Shown here: piece by piece, positions 9,024-18,388 of the stretch | Numbering within the stretch: the stretch's first letter is position 1 | How the letters are laid out: every line of letters starts with the position of its first letter | Assembly (NCBI GenBank): GCA_934177995.1 | Contig: CAKPPW010000001.1 | Location: 11,378 to 75,377, forward strand | Direction: 5' to 3' | DNA: 64,000 nt | Origin: an uncultured Bacilli bacterium | GTDB taxonomy: Bacteria > Bacillota_I > Bacilli_A > RF39 > UBA660 | Notes under the pieces: generated by a model | The model's database searches: none | What the model was told of the DNA's origin: nothing | Seen by the model: only the letters and a program-made list of their open reading frames with translations | Translations under genes and position numbers: made by a program

Positions 9024-10736
9024 ATGAAAGGAACATTACTATATGTTTTGACCGGAATTTTAATTGTAATCATTCTTATTATTGTGCTTATCGTTGTTTT
9101 AAAGAAAAAAAGGAAAAAATATTATTTAAAATTATGTAAAAATTTAGATACAGAAAAAAACTTAATTGGAAGTACTCCTGTACTTCTTGAACTTTCTAAA
9201 CTAGAACCGATTATAAAGAATGAAAAGATGGAAGAGAAGTATCAGAAATGGCAAGATGAATTTGCTTATATTAAAGATGAAGAACTTCCTAAAATAGATG
9301 ATTTGTTAATTGAACTTGATACATTGATTGATAAAAAGGAATATAATCTTGCTAAGAGTAAAATAAGTAAATGTGAGATAGGATTATATAAAGCAAAAGA
9401 ACGGGCAAATTATTTACTTGACCAGATTAAAGAAATCACTCTTAGTGAAGAAAAATATCGAAATATAATTACTAAATTAAAAACTAAATATAGAGAATTA
9501 AATAAAGAATATCAAGAACATAAAAATCTTTATGAAGAGATGGCTGAAGCGATAGAATTACAGTTAGAGAATATTGAAAAAAGATTCTTAGAGTTTGAAA
9601 CAGCTATGGATCAGAATCAGTATACCGATGTAGTTCATATTGTAAAAGCACTTGATACTATGATTGAACATATGGAGATAGTTATTTCTGAGGTACCTGA
9701 TTTGTTAATGATGTGTAAACAGATGGTTCCTAAGAGAGTAAAAGAAATAGAAGATACTAAAGAAAAGATGGAAAGTGAAGGATATCCATTAGACTTTTTA
9801 AGTATTGATGATAATATGGCGGAAGCTAAAAAGAATGTAAGTGTTATTCTAGATAGGATTAAAGTCTTGAACTTAGAAGACTGTATGTTTGAGCTTAAGA
9901 CAATATTGGACTATTTAGATAGTATTTTTGTGGCCTTTGAAAAAGAGAGATTATCACGAAAAGTATATGAAGAAGCAAGTAAAGATTTTGAAAAAAAACT
10001 AAATAAAACAGTTAAACTAGTAACTGATATATATGAACAATTAGATGATATTGAGAATATGTATGATTTAAATAAAGAAGATGTAAAAATAATAGATGAG
10101 GTTAATAAAGATTTAACAGTTATAAAAGATGATCATCATAAGATGTTAGAAAAAGTTAAGAATAAAGCGACACCTTATTCTAGTGTTAATGATGAAGTGG
10201 AGAAATTATCTAATAGATTAAAACAAGTAGAATCAACTCTAGATATTGCTTTAAAATCACTTGGTAATATGTATGAAGATGAACAAAGAGCAAGGGAACA
10301 ACTAGAAGAGATTGAAAGACTGTTAAAAGAATGTAAAGAAAAAATGAGAGAGTATAAATTACCAGTTATTGAAGATAGATACTTTGTTGAACTTAGTGAA
10401 GCTAATGAAGCTATCTTAGAGGTGATAAAAGAACTATCTAAAAAACCAATTGCTATTAAAACATTAAATACTAGAGTAGATACAGCTAGAGATTTAGTTC
10501 TAAAACTTTATAATACAACTGTTTCAATGATTAAAACTGCTAAGATGAGTGAAATGGCTATTGTTTATGGCAATAGATATATTCCTCTTCATGAAGATAT
10601 AGAAGAAGGAATTAATAGAGCAAGAAATCTTTTCTTTAAAGGCGACTATACATCATCACTAAAAGTTAGTGTTGATACCATAAAATTAGTAGATGATAAT
10701 TTTGAAAGAAAGTTGTTGGCGTATGAAAAAGAATAA
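9024..10736 (+). CDS. ezrA: septation ring formation regulator EzrA
   Basis: N-terminal TM followed by ~550 aa of coiled-coil. Conserved position divergent from rpsD as in Bacillus. ATG at 9024 with a GGTGGTGA RBS. Confidence 0.8.
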   Translation: MKGTLLYVLTGILIVIILIIVLIVVLKKKRKKYYLKLCKNLDTEKNLIGSTPVLLELSKLEPIIKNEKMEEKYQKWQDEFAYIKDEELPKIDDLLIELDTLIDKKEYNLAKSKISKCEIGLYKAKERANYLLDQIKEITLSEEKYRNIITKLKTKYRELNKEYQEHKNLYEEMAEAIELQLENIEKRFLEFETAMDQNQYTDVVHIVKALDTMIEHMEIVISEVPDLLMMCKQMVPKRVKEIEDTKEKMESEGYPLDFLSIDDNMAEAKKNVSVILDRIKVLNLEDCMFELKTILDYLDSIFVAFEKERLSRKVYEEASKDFEKKLNKTVKLVTDIYEQLDDIENMYDLNKEDVKIIDEVNKDLTVIKDDHHKMLEKVKNKATPYSSVNDEVEKLSNRLKQVESTLDIALKSLGNMYEDEQRAREQLEEIERLLKECKEKMREYKLPVIEDRYFVELSEANEAILEVIKELSKKPIAIKTLNTRVDTARDLVLKLYNTTVSMIKTAKMSEMAIVYGNRYIPLHEDIEEGINRARNLFFKGDYTSSLKVSVDTIKLVDDNFERKLLAYEKE

Positions 10737-11364
10737 GAAAAAGAAGAAAAAAAATAATAAAGGTTTTGGAGCATATGAGTTTTTAACAGTAGCAGTTGTT
10801 TGCTTAGTATTAACAGCTATTTTGTTAGTAGCAATACTTAAACTAAGTAATAAAGAAAAATATCAAGTATTTAACTTTAATGCTAGAGTCATGGCTATGA
10901 ATGCTATTAATTATAATTTTAAGGATGAAGGCACAATATATTTATATGAGATGTTAAATTTAGATTTGATATCACCAATTAAAAATCCTTTCAATGGCAA
11001 AAGTTGTGATCTTTATGAATCAAAAGTGGAATTTCTAAAAGATGGAAAGAGAGTAACACTTAAATGTGGGGAATATCTAATAGATAGAGAATTAATAGGA
11101 AATAAAAGTTATACTCTTTATAGAGTAACAGACTGGAATGATGATAAAGAGTATGAAGCTAATGATAGTAAAACAATTTATAATCTTTCTAAGAAGGGAA
11201 AATTAGTTCTTAATAACTATTATGAGAAAGATTTGTTAGTTACTATGCTAAATGAAAAGGTAGATAAAAAGTATGATAGTATTAAACAGATAGAAAAAGA
11301 TTATAAATTAGTTAGTAAAAAAGTATATAGAAGAAAAACCAAAATAAGAGAAGTCGCTAATTAA
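10723..11364 (+). CDS. prepilin-type N-terminal (pseudopilin / ComGC-like) protein
   Basis: Basic leader MKKNKKKKKKNNKG followed by FGAYEFLTVAVVCLVL: Gly at -1, Phe at +1, Glu at +5, then a hydrophobic helix, as in a type IV prepilin cleavage motif. Start overlaps the ezrA stop. Confidence 0.4.
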   Translation: MKKNKKKKKKNNKGFGAYEFLTVAVVCLVLTAILLVAILKLSNKEKYQVFNFNARVMAMNAINYNFKDEGTIYLYEMLNLDLISPIKNPFNGKSCDLYESKVEFLKDGKRVTLKCGEYLIDRELIGNKSYTLYRVTDWNDDKEYEANDSKTIYNLSKKGKLVLNNYYEKDLLVTMLNEKVDKKYDSIKQIEKDYKLVSKKVYRRKTKIREVAN

Positions 11365-11389
11365 TATTAAATAAAAAGAAGGTGTTTGT

Positions 11390-12043
11390 ATGAAAGATAG
11401 TAAAGAAAAAGATTGGTTTGATAGTCCAAGACTAGTCACTTATGTTATTATTGGGTTGTTAGTGGTGTTAATAATTTTATCACAGTCATTTGCAATTAAT
11501 AGTCAGTTAGGTACTACTGATATTATTAGATCCATTTTAAATCATAATAGTATTTATGTTTTAACATTAATCTATTTTGCTCTACTTCACTTTAAAGTAG
11601 GGAAGAAATATTTTGATCATTTAAATGTAATTATGCTTATATTCTTTGGTTTAATTACCTTAGCAAGTATGTTTACTGTATTTCAATCATTTGGCTTAGC
11701 TTCTCTTTTGCAGTTAGGAATTAATATACTATTTACAGTTTATTTTCTATATGCCTTTATTTCAAATACAGTAATTGGTAAAGAGTTTCATTTAAGTACT
11801 AGTGTGATAGTAGAGTTAAAAAATGAACAGTATTTCTATTTGATTACTACTTTGTTAGTTATTCATTTAGTAGTAGCTCTTATTAATTCAACATCATTTG
11901 AAAGTATAGTTATTTCTCTATTGGAAGTTTTATTCTATTTTCTATTTGCTAGATATATATCATTATATAAAGAATATGATGATATGAAAGTATCTTCTTC
12001 TAAAAAGAAAAGAATAAAAAAAGAAGAGGAGAGTGATAAATAA
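11390..12043 (+). CDS. polytopic membrane protein (hypothetical)
   Basis: About 6 predicted TM helices; no family assignment. Confidence 0.4.
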   Translation: MKDSKEKDWFDSPRLVTYVIIGLLVVLIILSQSFAINSQLGTTDIIRSILNHNSIYVLTLIYFALLHFKVGKKYFDHLNVIMLIFFGLITLASMFTVFQSFGLASLLQLGINILFTVYFLYAFISNTVIGKEFHLSTSVIVELKNEQYFYLITTLLVIHLVVALINSTSFESIVISLLEVLFYFLFARYISLYKEYDDMKVSSSKKKRIKKEEESDK

Positions 12044-12375
12044 TGAAAGATTTATTTGATGAGATAGAAATGGAAAAGAAACCACTTCCTAAGTTAAAAA
12101 AGATTAGTAAAGAGGTAACTAAGACTAGAGAACATAACTTCTATCAAAAATTAGCTTACTTATTATTTGCTTTCTTCTTTATAATTGGTATTATTTTAGG
12201 TAATATTTTTCCAGCTTGTACGGAAACATCTACACTGTTTAAAACCTGTACTAATACAGAATATAATCTTGCTTTAACTTTAATATTTTGGTTAGTTAGT
12301 TTTGTATTTTGTTCCTTAATATATGGTTTTGGTGAAATTATAAAACTTTTAACAATAATTAGTGAAAAGAAATAG
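12043..12375 (+). CDS. small membrane protein (hypothetical)
   Basis: Two TM segments with several Cys. Start overlaps the upstream stop (ATGA). Confidence 0.35.
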   Translation: MKDLFDEIEMEKKPLPKLKKISKEVTKTREHNFYQKLAYLLFAFFFIIGIILGNIFPACTETSTLFKTCTNTEYNLALTLIFWLVSFVFCSLIYGFGEIIKLLTIISEKK

Positions 12376-13338
12376 GTGATAGTAATGATAAGAAATTTAG
12401 AAGTAAATCAATCTAAAATTATTGATTTAAATAAGAAAAAAAGATTAATGGCTCAAAGAAAAGCTAGAGCTAGAAGAAGGTTTAAGACAAGAGTAGGTAT
12501 GGCTCTTTTTGCCCTTGCTATACCAATTGGAGCTGTTTCAATAAATTCAATGAGGGAAAGTGAAGATACTAAATCAGTAGTGGAGAATATGGAAACTAAT
12601 ATAGCTGCTGATAATACTATTTATGCAGATATTACTGATTTAAATGATTTGAATTTAGTACTAGTAAATGATGGTGTAAATAGTGATTTCTTTAGTTCTC
12701 TTTCGGCTAATCTTGAAGAAAAAGGTGTTTCTTTTGAAACAACAAATGATTCGGCTACTATAGAAAATATGGATGGTAGTGAGACTTATATAAGTTTTAT
12801 AGACTACAATAGTGATGGTAAAACTAAGGTTATAGGAGAATACACAGAAAGAGATAATCAAACCGATCCCTTAGCTATTGGAATTAATAGTTGTTTAAAA
12901 AGAAACAACTTAACAGATATGGATGTTCAATGTGGAATAAAGGGAATAGATGATAATGGTTATCAAAAATTAATACCATCTTCTCTTGAAAAATCAATTG
13001 GTGATGAAGGAGCAAACAGATTTGTAACTATTGCAGTTGATGCTAATACTGATGTTGGTAAATTTTCAACTTCACTTACAGAAGGATTACTTCGTTTTCA
13101 AAATTATGTAGCTGAAGCAAATAACTTTAATTTAATAACAAGAGTTACTGGTGGAGAAACGTTAGCAATGATTGCTCAAAAGCATGGTGTTTCTGAGACT
13201 GATTTACAGCTTTTAAATAATATAAAAGATGGTAGAATATTTGCCGATGAGACGTTAAAAGTATCTGGTTACTCAAATGTTTTAACAGATAAACCAATGG
13301 TAATAAATAATAGTAATACTATTACAAAATCATATTAA
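12376..13338 (+). CDS. membrane-anchored LysM domain protein
   Basis: Arg-rich N-terminus plus TM anchor. C-terminal LysM (TRVTGGETLAMIAQKHGVSETDLQLLNNI...). Confidence 0.55.
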   Translation: MIVMIRNLEVNQSKIIDLNKKKRLMAQRKARARRRFKTRVGMALFALAIPIGAVSINSMRESEDTKSVVENMETNIAADNTIYADITDLNDLNLVLVNDGVNSDFFSSLSANLEEKGVSFETTNDSATIENMDGSETYISFIDYNSDGKTKVIGEYTERDNQTDPLAIGINSCLKRNNLTDMDVQCGIKGIDDNGYQKLIPSSLEKSIGDEGANRFVTIAVDANTDVGKFSTSLTEGLLRFQNYVAEANNFNLITRVTGGETLAMIAQKHGVSETDLQLLNNIKDGRIFADETLKVSGYSNVLTDKPMVINNSNTITKSY

Positions 13339-13344
13339 AAATAC

Positions 13345-13851
13345 TCATTTTGTGAGTATTTTTTTTCTATCATTAAATCCGATATAATATACCTTTTGAC
13401 TAGGATCAATAACATAACTATTACTTTGTAATATATGATTAACTATATTATTTTCATTATTACTTATTGCAATTATGTTAGAATTAATTAATATTTTTTC
13501 ATAATCTTTTAAATGGTCTTCTTGCTCCATAGTATTACCTATTAATTTATGTTTTAAAATATATAATGCTTTTTTCATATAACCTTTGTTTCTTTCTTTT
13601 TCTGTTATACCAAAGTGAATAAATAAATTATTACTAGAAATATCTTTTGTTTCTAAAAATATGAATCCAATTGGTTTATGTGATTTATTACCATTAACTT
13701 CTCTATACTTTTGAATAAGAAATACAAAGGGACATCTTGGTGGTAAGTCATTATATTTTTGTAATGTTACATCTTCAAATAAGTTTATTAAGTCCCATAT
13801 GTCATCTTTATTTTTATAATCTAATAATTCTAAATTTAACCATTCATACAT
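13345..13851 (-). CDS. hypothetical protein, weak GNAT-acetyltransferase-like
   Basis: Segment IGFIFLE...LFIHFGITEKERNKGYMKKAL resembles the GNAT core; weak. Confidence 0.3.
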   Translation of the reverse strand: MYEWLNLELLDYKNKDDIWDLINLFEDVTLQKYNDLPPRCPFVFLIQKYREVNGNKSHKPIGFIFLETKDISSNNLFIHFGITEKERNKGYMKKALYILKHKLIGNTMEQEDHLKDYEKILINSNIIAISNNENNIVNHILQSNSYVIDPSQKVYYIGFNDRKKILTK

Positions 13852-13868
13852 ACTACTACACCTTACTA

Positions 13869-14933
13869 CTACTCAAATGATGGAGTCATATTAACAGGTT
13901 CTATTTGAATGAAGGTATTTCCATCATTTAGTCTAACTCTACTACCATCCATATAATTATAGATGGTTTTACCACTTCTTGAATCTTTCTTAGCAGTTAT
14001 TGGTATGGCATATCCATTTGTTATATAATATGCTTCTTTAGTACCTGTTGTATCTAAGTCTTGCCTACCATAATTATCTAAAGTTTTATTTCTAACCTTG
14101 ATAATAATAATATTTTTATAATGATATTGTTCTTTACTATCTCTATCTATATGAGCATTATGATTCATATATCTTAGATAAACTTTTTTCTCACTATCAT
14201 ATGCATAACTTCTTGTTTGACTGTTAGAATAGAGAATAGTTACTTTATTAGCTTGTACCAAACCAGTGTCGCAATCAGTATCAGTACAATTCTTATTTTT
14301 AATTTTAGTTAAGTCTACAGTGTCACTAGTTATTGGTAGAGCTTCCCATTCATCGGTAGTTGTTTGGTAGCCAAGATTTTCAGCACTTTTATATAAAGTT
14401 TCTATGTTAGTAAAAACATTATGTGGAGCAGCAATCTTTCTATCACGCCAGTAAGCACTATCTACATATAATCCATTGATATTATTTATTCTTAAAGACT
14501 TGATATCATTTTCAGCAAAAGTACTCCAACCATAGTGGGCATAAAGTGAATCATATTCTAAAGCATAATCTAAAAAGTAATGTCTAGAACTTCTAACTGG
14601 TCCTATTAATGCTGTGTTGGTATCTTTAAATATAGCCATCATTCTAGTAAGACCACCTTCTACTATTGCTTCATAAGTTACAAAAGCATCTTGTAATCCT
14701 ACTTGAGAAGAGTAACCAACATTATTGTCTATCATAACAGCAATTGGTCTTTTATTACTATCTTCATCATATATAGTTAATTTTTTCTTTTCTGTTTTAG
14801 TTGTATTAATATCAGTAAATGGAATTTTTATCTCAATTTTATTAGTTGTTGCTAGATATACTAATATAATAATTATTATAATGAAGAGTATAATAAAGGT
14901 AATAATCTTTTTTCTTTTCTTCTTCTTTTTCAT
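13869..14933 (-). CDS. DUF3048-family (YerB-like) membrane-anchored protein
   Basis: Lys-rich N-terminus plus TM. PIAVMIDN...EGGLTRMMAIF and RSSRHYF motifs are typical of DUF3048. Confidence 0.45.
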   Translation of the reverse strand: MKKKKKRKKIITFIILFIIIIIILVYLATTNKIEIKIPFTDINTTKTEKKKLTIYDEDSNKRPIAVMIDNNVGYSSQVGLQDAFVTYEAIVEGGLTRMMAIFKDTNTALIGPVRSSRHYFLDYALEYDSLYAHYGWSTFAENDIKSLRINNINGLYVDSAYWRDRKIAAPHNVFTNIETLYKSAENLGYQTTTDEWEALPITSDTVDLTKIKNKNCTDTDCDTGLVQANKVTILYSNSQTRSYAYDSEKKVYLRYMNHNAHIDRDSKEQYHYKNIIIIKVRNKTLDNYGRQDLDTTGTKEAYYITNGYAIPITAKKDSRSGKTIYNYMDGSRVRLNDGNTFIQIEPVNMTPSFE

Positions 14934-15038
14934 AAATCCTCCATCTTTATCTAAAGTTTATCATAAAGTGTTAAATAAGAAAATAAATTTCTAAAAAATC
15001 TTGTAATCTTATGATACAATAAATAAGGAAAGGATGGT

Positions 15039-15752
15039 TTGATGAGTAGAAAGAATAAAAAGTTATTAACGTCACTGTTAAGTTTAATTGTCTTAATAGC
15101 AGTAGTAAGTTATCAATATATATTACCATCTTATGCTTATAAAGATGATAGTAATAATACGAGTGATGTTATTAATATACCAAGTTATGATAATGAACCT
15201 TATAAAGAGGTAAATAATAATAAACCAACATTCACAGATAGTGAAAAAGAGTTGACAGAAGAGGAAGAATATAGTGATTTAGATTCTTTAGGTAGAGTAG
15301 GAGTAGCTTTTGCTCTTGTTAGTAAAAGTACAATGCCTACTACTAAAAGAGGTAGTATTGGTATGATTAAGCCAGCTGGATGGCATACAGTTAAGTATGA
15401 TTTTGTTGATGGAAAATATTTATATAATAGATGTCATTTAATCGCCCATCAATTAACAGGGCAAAATGCTAATCCCAAAAATTTAATGACTTGTACTAGA
15501 AGTATGAATGTAGATGGAATGTTACCTTTTGAGAATAGAGTAGCTAATTATATAAAAGAGACTAATAATCATGTTTTATATAGAGTAACCCCTGTTTTTG
15601 ATGGTGATAATTTAGTAGCAAATGGAGCATATATGGAAGCATATTCAATTGAGGATAAGGGAAAGTTATCATTTAATGTTTATGTATATAATGTTCAAAA
15701 AGGTGTTACTATAGATTATAAAACAGGAGAAAGTAAATTAGAGGAGGAGTAA
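15039..15752 (+). CDS. secreted DNA/RNA non-specific endonuclease (EndA/NucA-like)
   Basis: Signal peptide. NRCHLIAHQLTGQNANPKNLMT resembles the DRGHL active-site region of competence DNA-entry nucleases. Confidence 0.6.
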   Translation: MMSRKNKKLLTSLLSLIVLIAVVSYQYILPSYAYKDDSNNTSDVINIPSYDNEPYKEVNNNKPTFTDSEKELTEEEEYSDLDSLGRVGVAFALVSKSTMPTTKRGSIGMIKPAGWHTVKYDFVDGKYLYNRCHLIAHQLTGQNANPKNLMTCTRSMNVDGMLPFENRVANYIKETNNHVLYRVTPVFDGDNLVANGAYMEAYSIEDKGKLSFNVYVYNVQKGVTIDYKTGESKLEEE

Positions 15753-15755
15753 GAT

Positions 15756-16763
15756 ATGGATTTTATAGAAAAGATAATTGATAGAGTAAAGAAAAATGAG
15801 AAGAAAAAAATAGTTTTACCAGAAACAGACGATATTAGAACTTTAGAAGCTGCAGCTATCACTGTTAGGGAAAATATTGCGGATATTTATTTGATTGGTA
15901 AGGAAGAAGATATTTTATCTTTAGCAAGAAAGAACAATATTTCGCTTGATGGATGTAAGATAATAGAACCAGTTAAGTTTGCTGACTTTGATTTATGTGT
16001 TAATACTTATTATGAATTAAGAAAGAAAAAGGGAATGACTCTTGATAAAGCTAGGGAAATACTTGCTAATGACTATCCTTATTTTGGAGCTATGCTTGTT
16101 AAACTTAATTATGCTGATGGAATGGTTAGTGGGGCAGTTCACTCTAGTTCTGATACTTTACGTGTAGCTTTACAAATTATTAAGACAGCACCTAATACTA
16201 AGACAGCATCATCTTTCTTTTTGATGGATACTCCACAAAAGCAGTATGGTTCTAATGGAGTATTTATCTATTCAGATTGTGGATTAAATCAAAATCCTAC
16301 TAGTGAACAATTAGTAGATATTGCTAAAAGTAGTGCTGAAAGTTTTGAATTATTAGTAGAAGATACACCGAAAGTAGCTTTTCTATCTCATTCTACTTAT
16401 GGATCTTCAAAATGTCCTGATAGTGAAAAAGTAGTAAAAGCGGTAGAACTTGCTAAGGAAAGCTTAAAAGATATCACTTTAGATGGTGAATTACAGTTTG
16501 ATGCTGCTATTGTTAAAGAAATAGGAGAGCGAAAAGCACCTGGTTCAAAAGTAGCAGGTTATGCCAATGTCTTAGTATTTCCAGATTTAGATGCTGGTAA
16601 TATTGCTTATAAGATAACCGAAAGACTAGGACTAGCTAAAGCTTATGGGCCAGTTACTCAAGGACTTGCTAAACCAATAAATGATTTATCTAGAGGATGT
16701 AATGCTAGTGATATAGTTGGAGTAATTGCTATTACTGCTTTACAGTCTTCTGCTATAAAATAA
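15756..16763 (+). CDS. pta: phosphate acetyltransferase
   Basis: Full-length similarity to Pta, including the SRGCN...DIVGVIAITA C-terminal region. Confidence 0.85.
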   Translation: MDFIEKIIDRVKKNEKKKIVLPETDDIRTLEAAAITVRENIADIYLIGKEEDILSLARKNNISLDGCKIIEPVKFADFDLCVNTYYELRKKKGMTLDKAREILANDYPYFGAMLVKLNYADGMVSGAVHSSSDTLRVALQIIKTAPNTKTASSFFLMDTPQKQYGSNGVFIYSDCGLNQNPTSEQLVDIAKSSAESFELLVEDTPKVAFLSHSTYGSSKCPDSEKVVKAVELAKESLKDITLDGELQFDAAIVKEIGERKAPGSKVAGYANVLVFPDLDAGNIAYKITERLGLAKAYGPVTQGLAKPINDLSRGCNASDIVGVIAITALQSSAIK

Positions 16764-16772
16764 TTAATTAGA

Positions 16773-16808
16773 AACATCTAGTAGTTTATAATATTAGATG
16801 TTTTTTTG
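16773..16808 (+). terminator. rho-independent terminator after pta
   Basis: aacatcta...tagatgtt hairpin followed by a 7-T run. Confidence 0.55.
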
Positions 16809-16923
16809 TATTATGATGGCTATTTAGGTATTTAATTTACACATAATAACATAATTTTATAAAAAACATAATTGGTTAAATGTTATAATATAGATAAATA
16901 ATTATATCGTAAGGTGGTAGAAT

Positions 16924-17268
16924 ATGAATATAGAGCAAAAGAATCAATTAATAGAGCAGTACATTAACGAACTTGCTTTAAGTATTAATTCTAAATATAT
17001 AGGTTTAATAGATGATGAAAAGAAAAAAAGAGCAGTAGAAATGTTTAAAGATTCAAATGATGCCTTGAAATCAGAAATAATTCCTAAAATTAATGAAATT
17101 GCTAATCAAATGATAGAGAATTTTATTAAGTTTCAAAAACGGTTAGCAGAGTTTACAGGAAATGGGCAGCATAAAAATTTGGAAGGGGTGGCTTCTTTAC
17201 AACTAAATACTAGTGAAAATGGAAGCATGGGCACCATTTGGAGAAGGAAGAAATGGTTTATTTACTAA
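16924..17268 (+). CDS. hypothetical small protein (possibly a chimeric remnant)
   Basis: 114 aa with no known domain. Its 3' end overlaps, out of frame, the aldo-keto reductase fragment. Confidence 0.25.
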   Translation: MNIEQKNQLIEQYINELALSINSKYIGLIDDEKKKRAVEMFKDSNDALKSEIIPKINEIANQMIENFIKFQKRLAEFTGNGQHKNLEGVASLQLNTSENGSMGTIWRRKKWFIY

Positions 17269-17572
17269 TGAGGTATTAGTTAGTATTGGTAAAAAATATA
17301 ATAAGTCTTCCGCTCAAGTAATGCTTAGATGGCTAATCCAAAGAGGAGTTATTATCGCTTGTAAATCAACTTATATAGAAAGAATGAAAGAAAACTTTAA
17401 TGTATTTGATTTTGAACTATCAGAAGATGATATGCAAGAGATTAGTAAATTAGATACAAGTAATAGTTTGTTCTTTAATCATCAAGATCCTAAGATGGTT
17501 GAATGGTTTGATAATATTGTAAAATCAAGAAGAGAAAATGAAGACTGTCGTAATGACAAGAAAAACTGGTAA
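17213..17572 (+). pseudogene. aldo-keto reductase C-terminal fragment
   Basis: EAWAPFGEGRNGLF...SAQVMLRWLIQRGVIIACKS...FNVFDFELSEDDMQEISKLD matches the last ~110 aa of YtbE/YvgN-type AKRs. The N-terminal ~170 aa of the barrel are absent. Confidence 0.55.
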
Positions 17573-17583
17573 GGAGATTTATA

Positions 17584-18206
17584 ATGAAAAAAAGTATAAC
17601 TATAATCTTAGTAATATTATTAATTGTTATAATTGGAGCCAGTTCTTACTATGTCTTAAATGGAAATAATAAGACTAATCAAAATAGTGGTACATCTACT
17701 TCTGGTAATGATACCACCTCTTCTAATAAAAAAATTCTAGTAGTATATTATTCTGCTCAAAGTCATACTGAATCAGTTGCTAAAAAGATTGCAGGTAATT
17801 TAATGCTGATATTTTTGAAATAGTACCAAAAGATGTATATACATCAGATGATTTAGATTGGACAAATGCTAAATCAAGAGTATCAAGAGAACATGATGAC
17901 GAATCTTTAAGAAATGTTGAACTTGAAAGTACTGAAGTAGCTAATTGGGATAGTTATGATACTGTTTTAATTGGTTATCCTATATGGTGGGGAATAGCTG
18001 CTTGGCCAGTAAATACATTTGTTAAAGCTAATAACTTTGCTGGAAAGACAGTTATACCATTTTGTACATCAGCATCGTCTGATATCGGTAATAGTGGAAA
18101 ACTATTAGAGAAAGAGGCAGGTAGTGGTAATTGGCTTGAAGGTCAGAGATTCTCATCAAATCCAACGGATAAAGATATTAAAACATTTATAGGTATAAAT
18201 TATTAA
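17584..18206 (+). pseudogene. exported flavodoxin-family protein, interrupted by a -1 nt frameshift near 17800
   Basis: Frame A gives signal/TM + KKILVVYYSAQSHTESVAKKIAGNL then stops. Shifting +1 at 'aatttaATGctg' continues ADIFEIVPKDVY...LIGYPIWWGIAAWP...IPFCTSAS... to a stop at 18204-18206. Confidence 0.55.
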
Positions 18207-18388
18207 TTGCTAATATAAATATATTTTTGTTATTTATAGTGAGCATCAGTGTCAATTGTTAAAAATATGTTGCAAAATTTTTAAGAATAAGGATTATTTT
18301 TCACTACTAATAAGTTTAGTTTTTGTAGTAAATTATGGTATGATTAATGAGAAGGACTAGCAAACAATTAAAGAAAAGAGGATAATAT

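Noticed and set aside
14725-14994. 89-aa plus-strand ORF
   Set aside because: Antisense to the 5' end of the DUF3048 gene; homopolymeric I/F/L composition.
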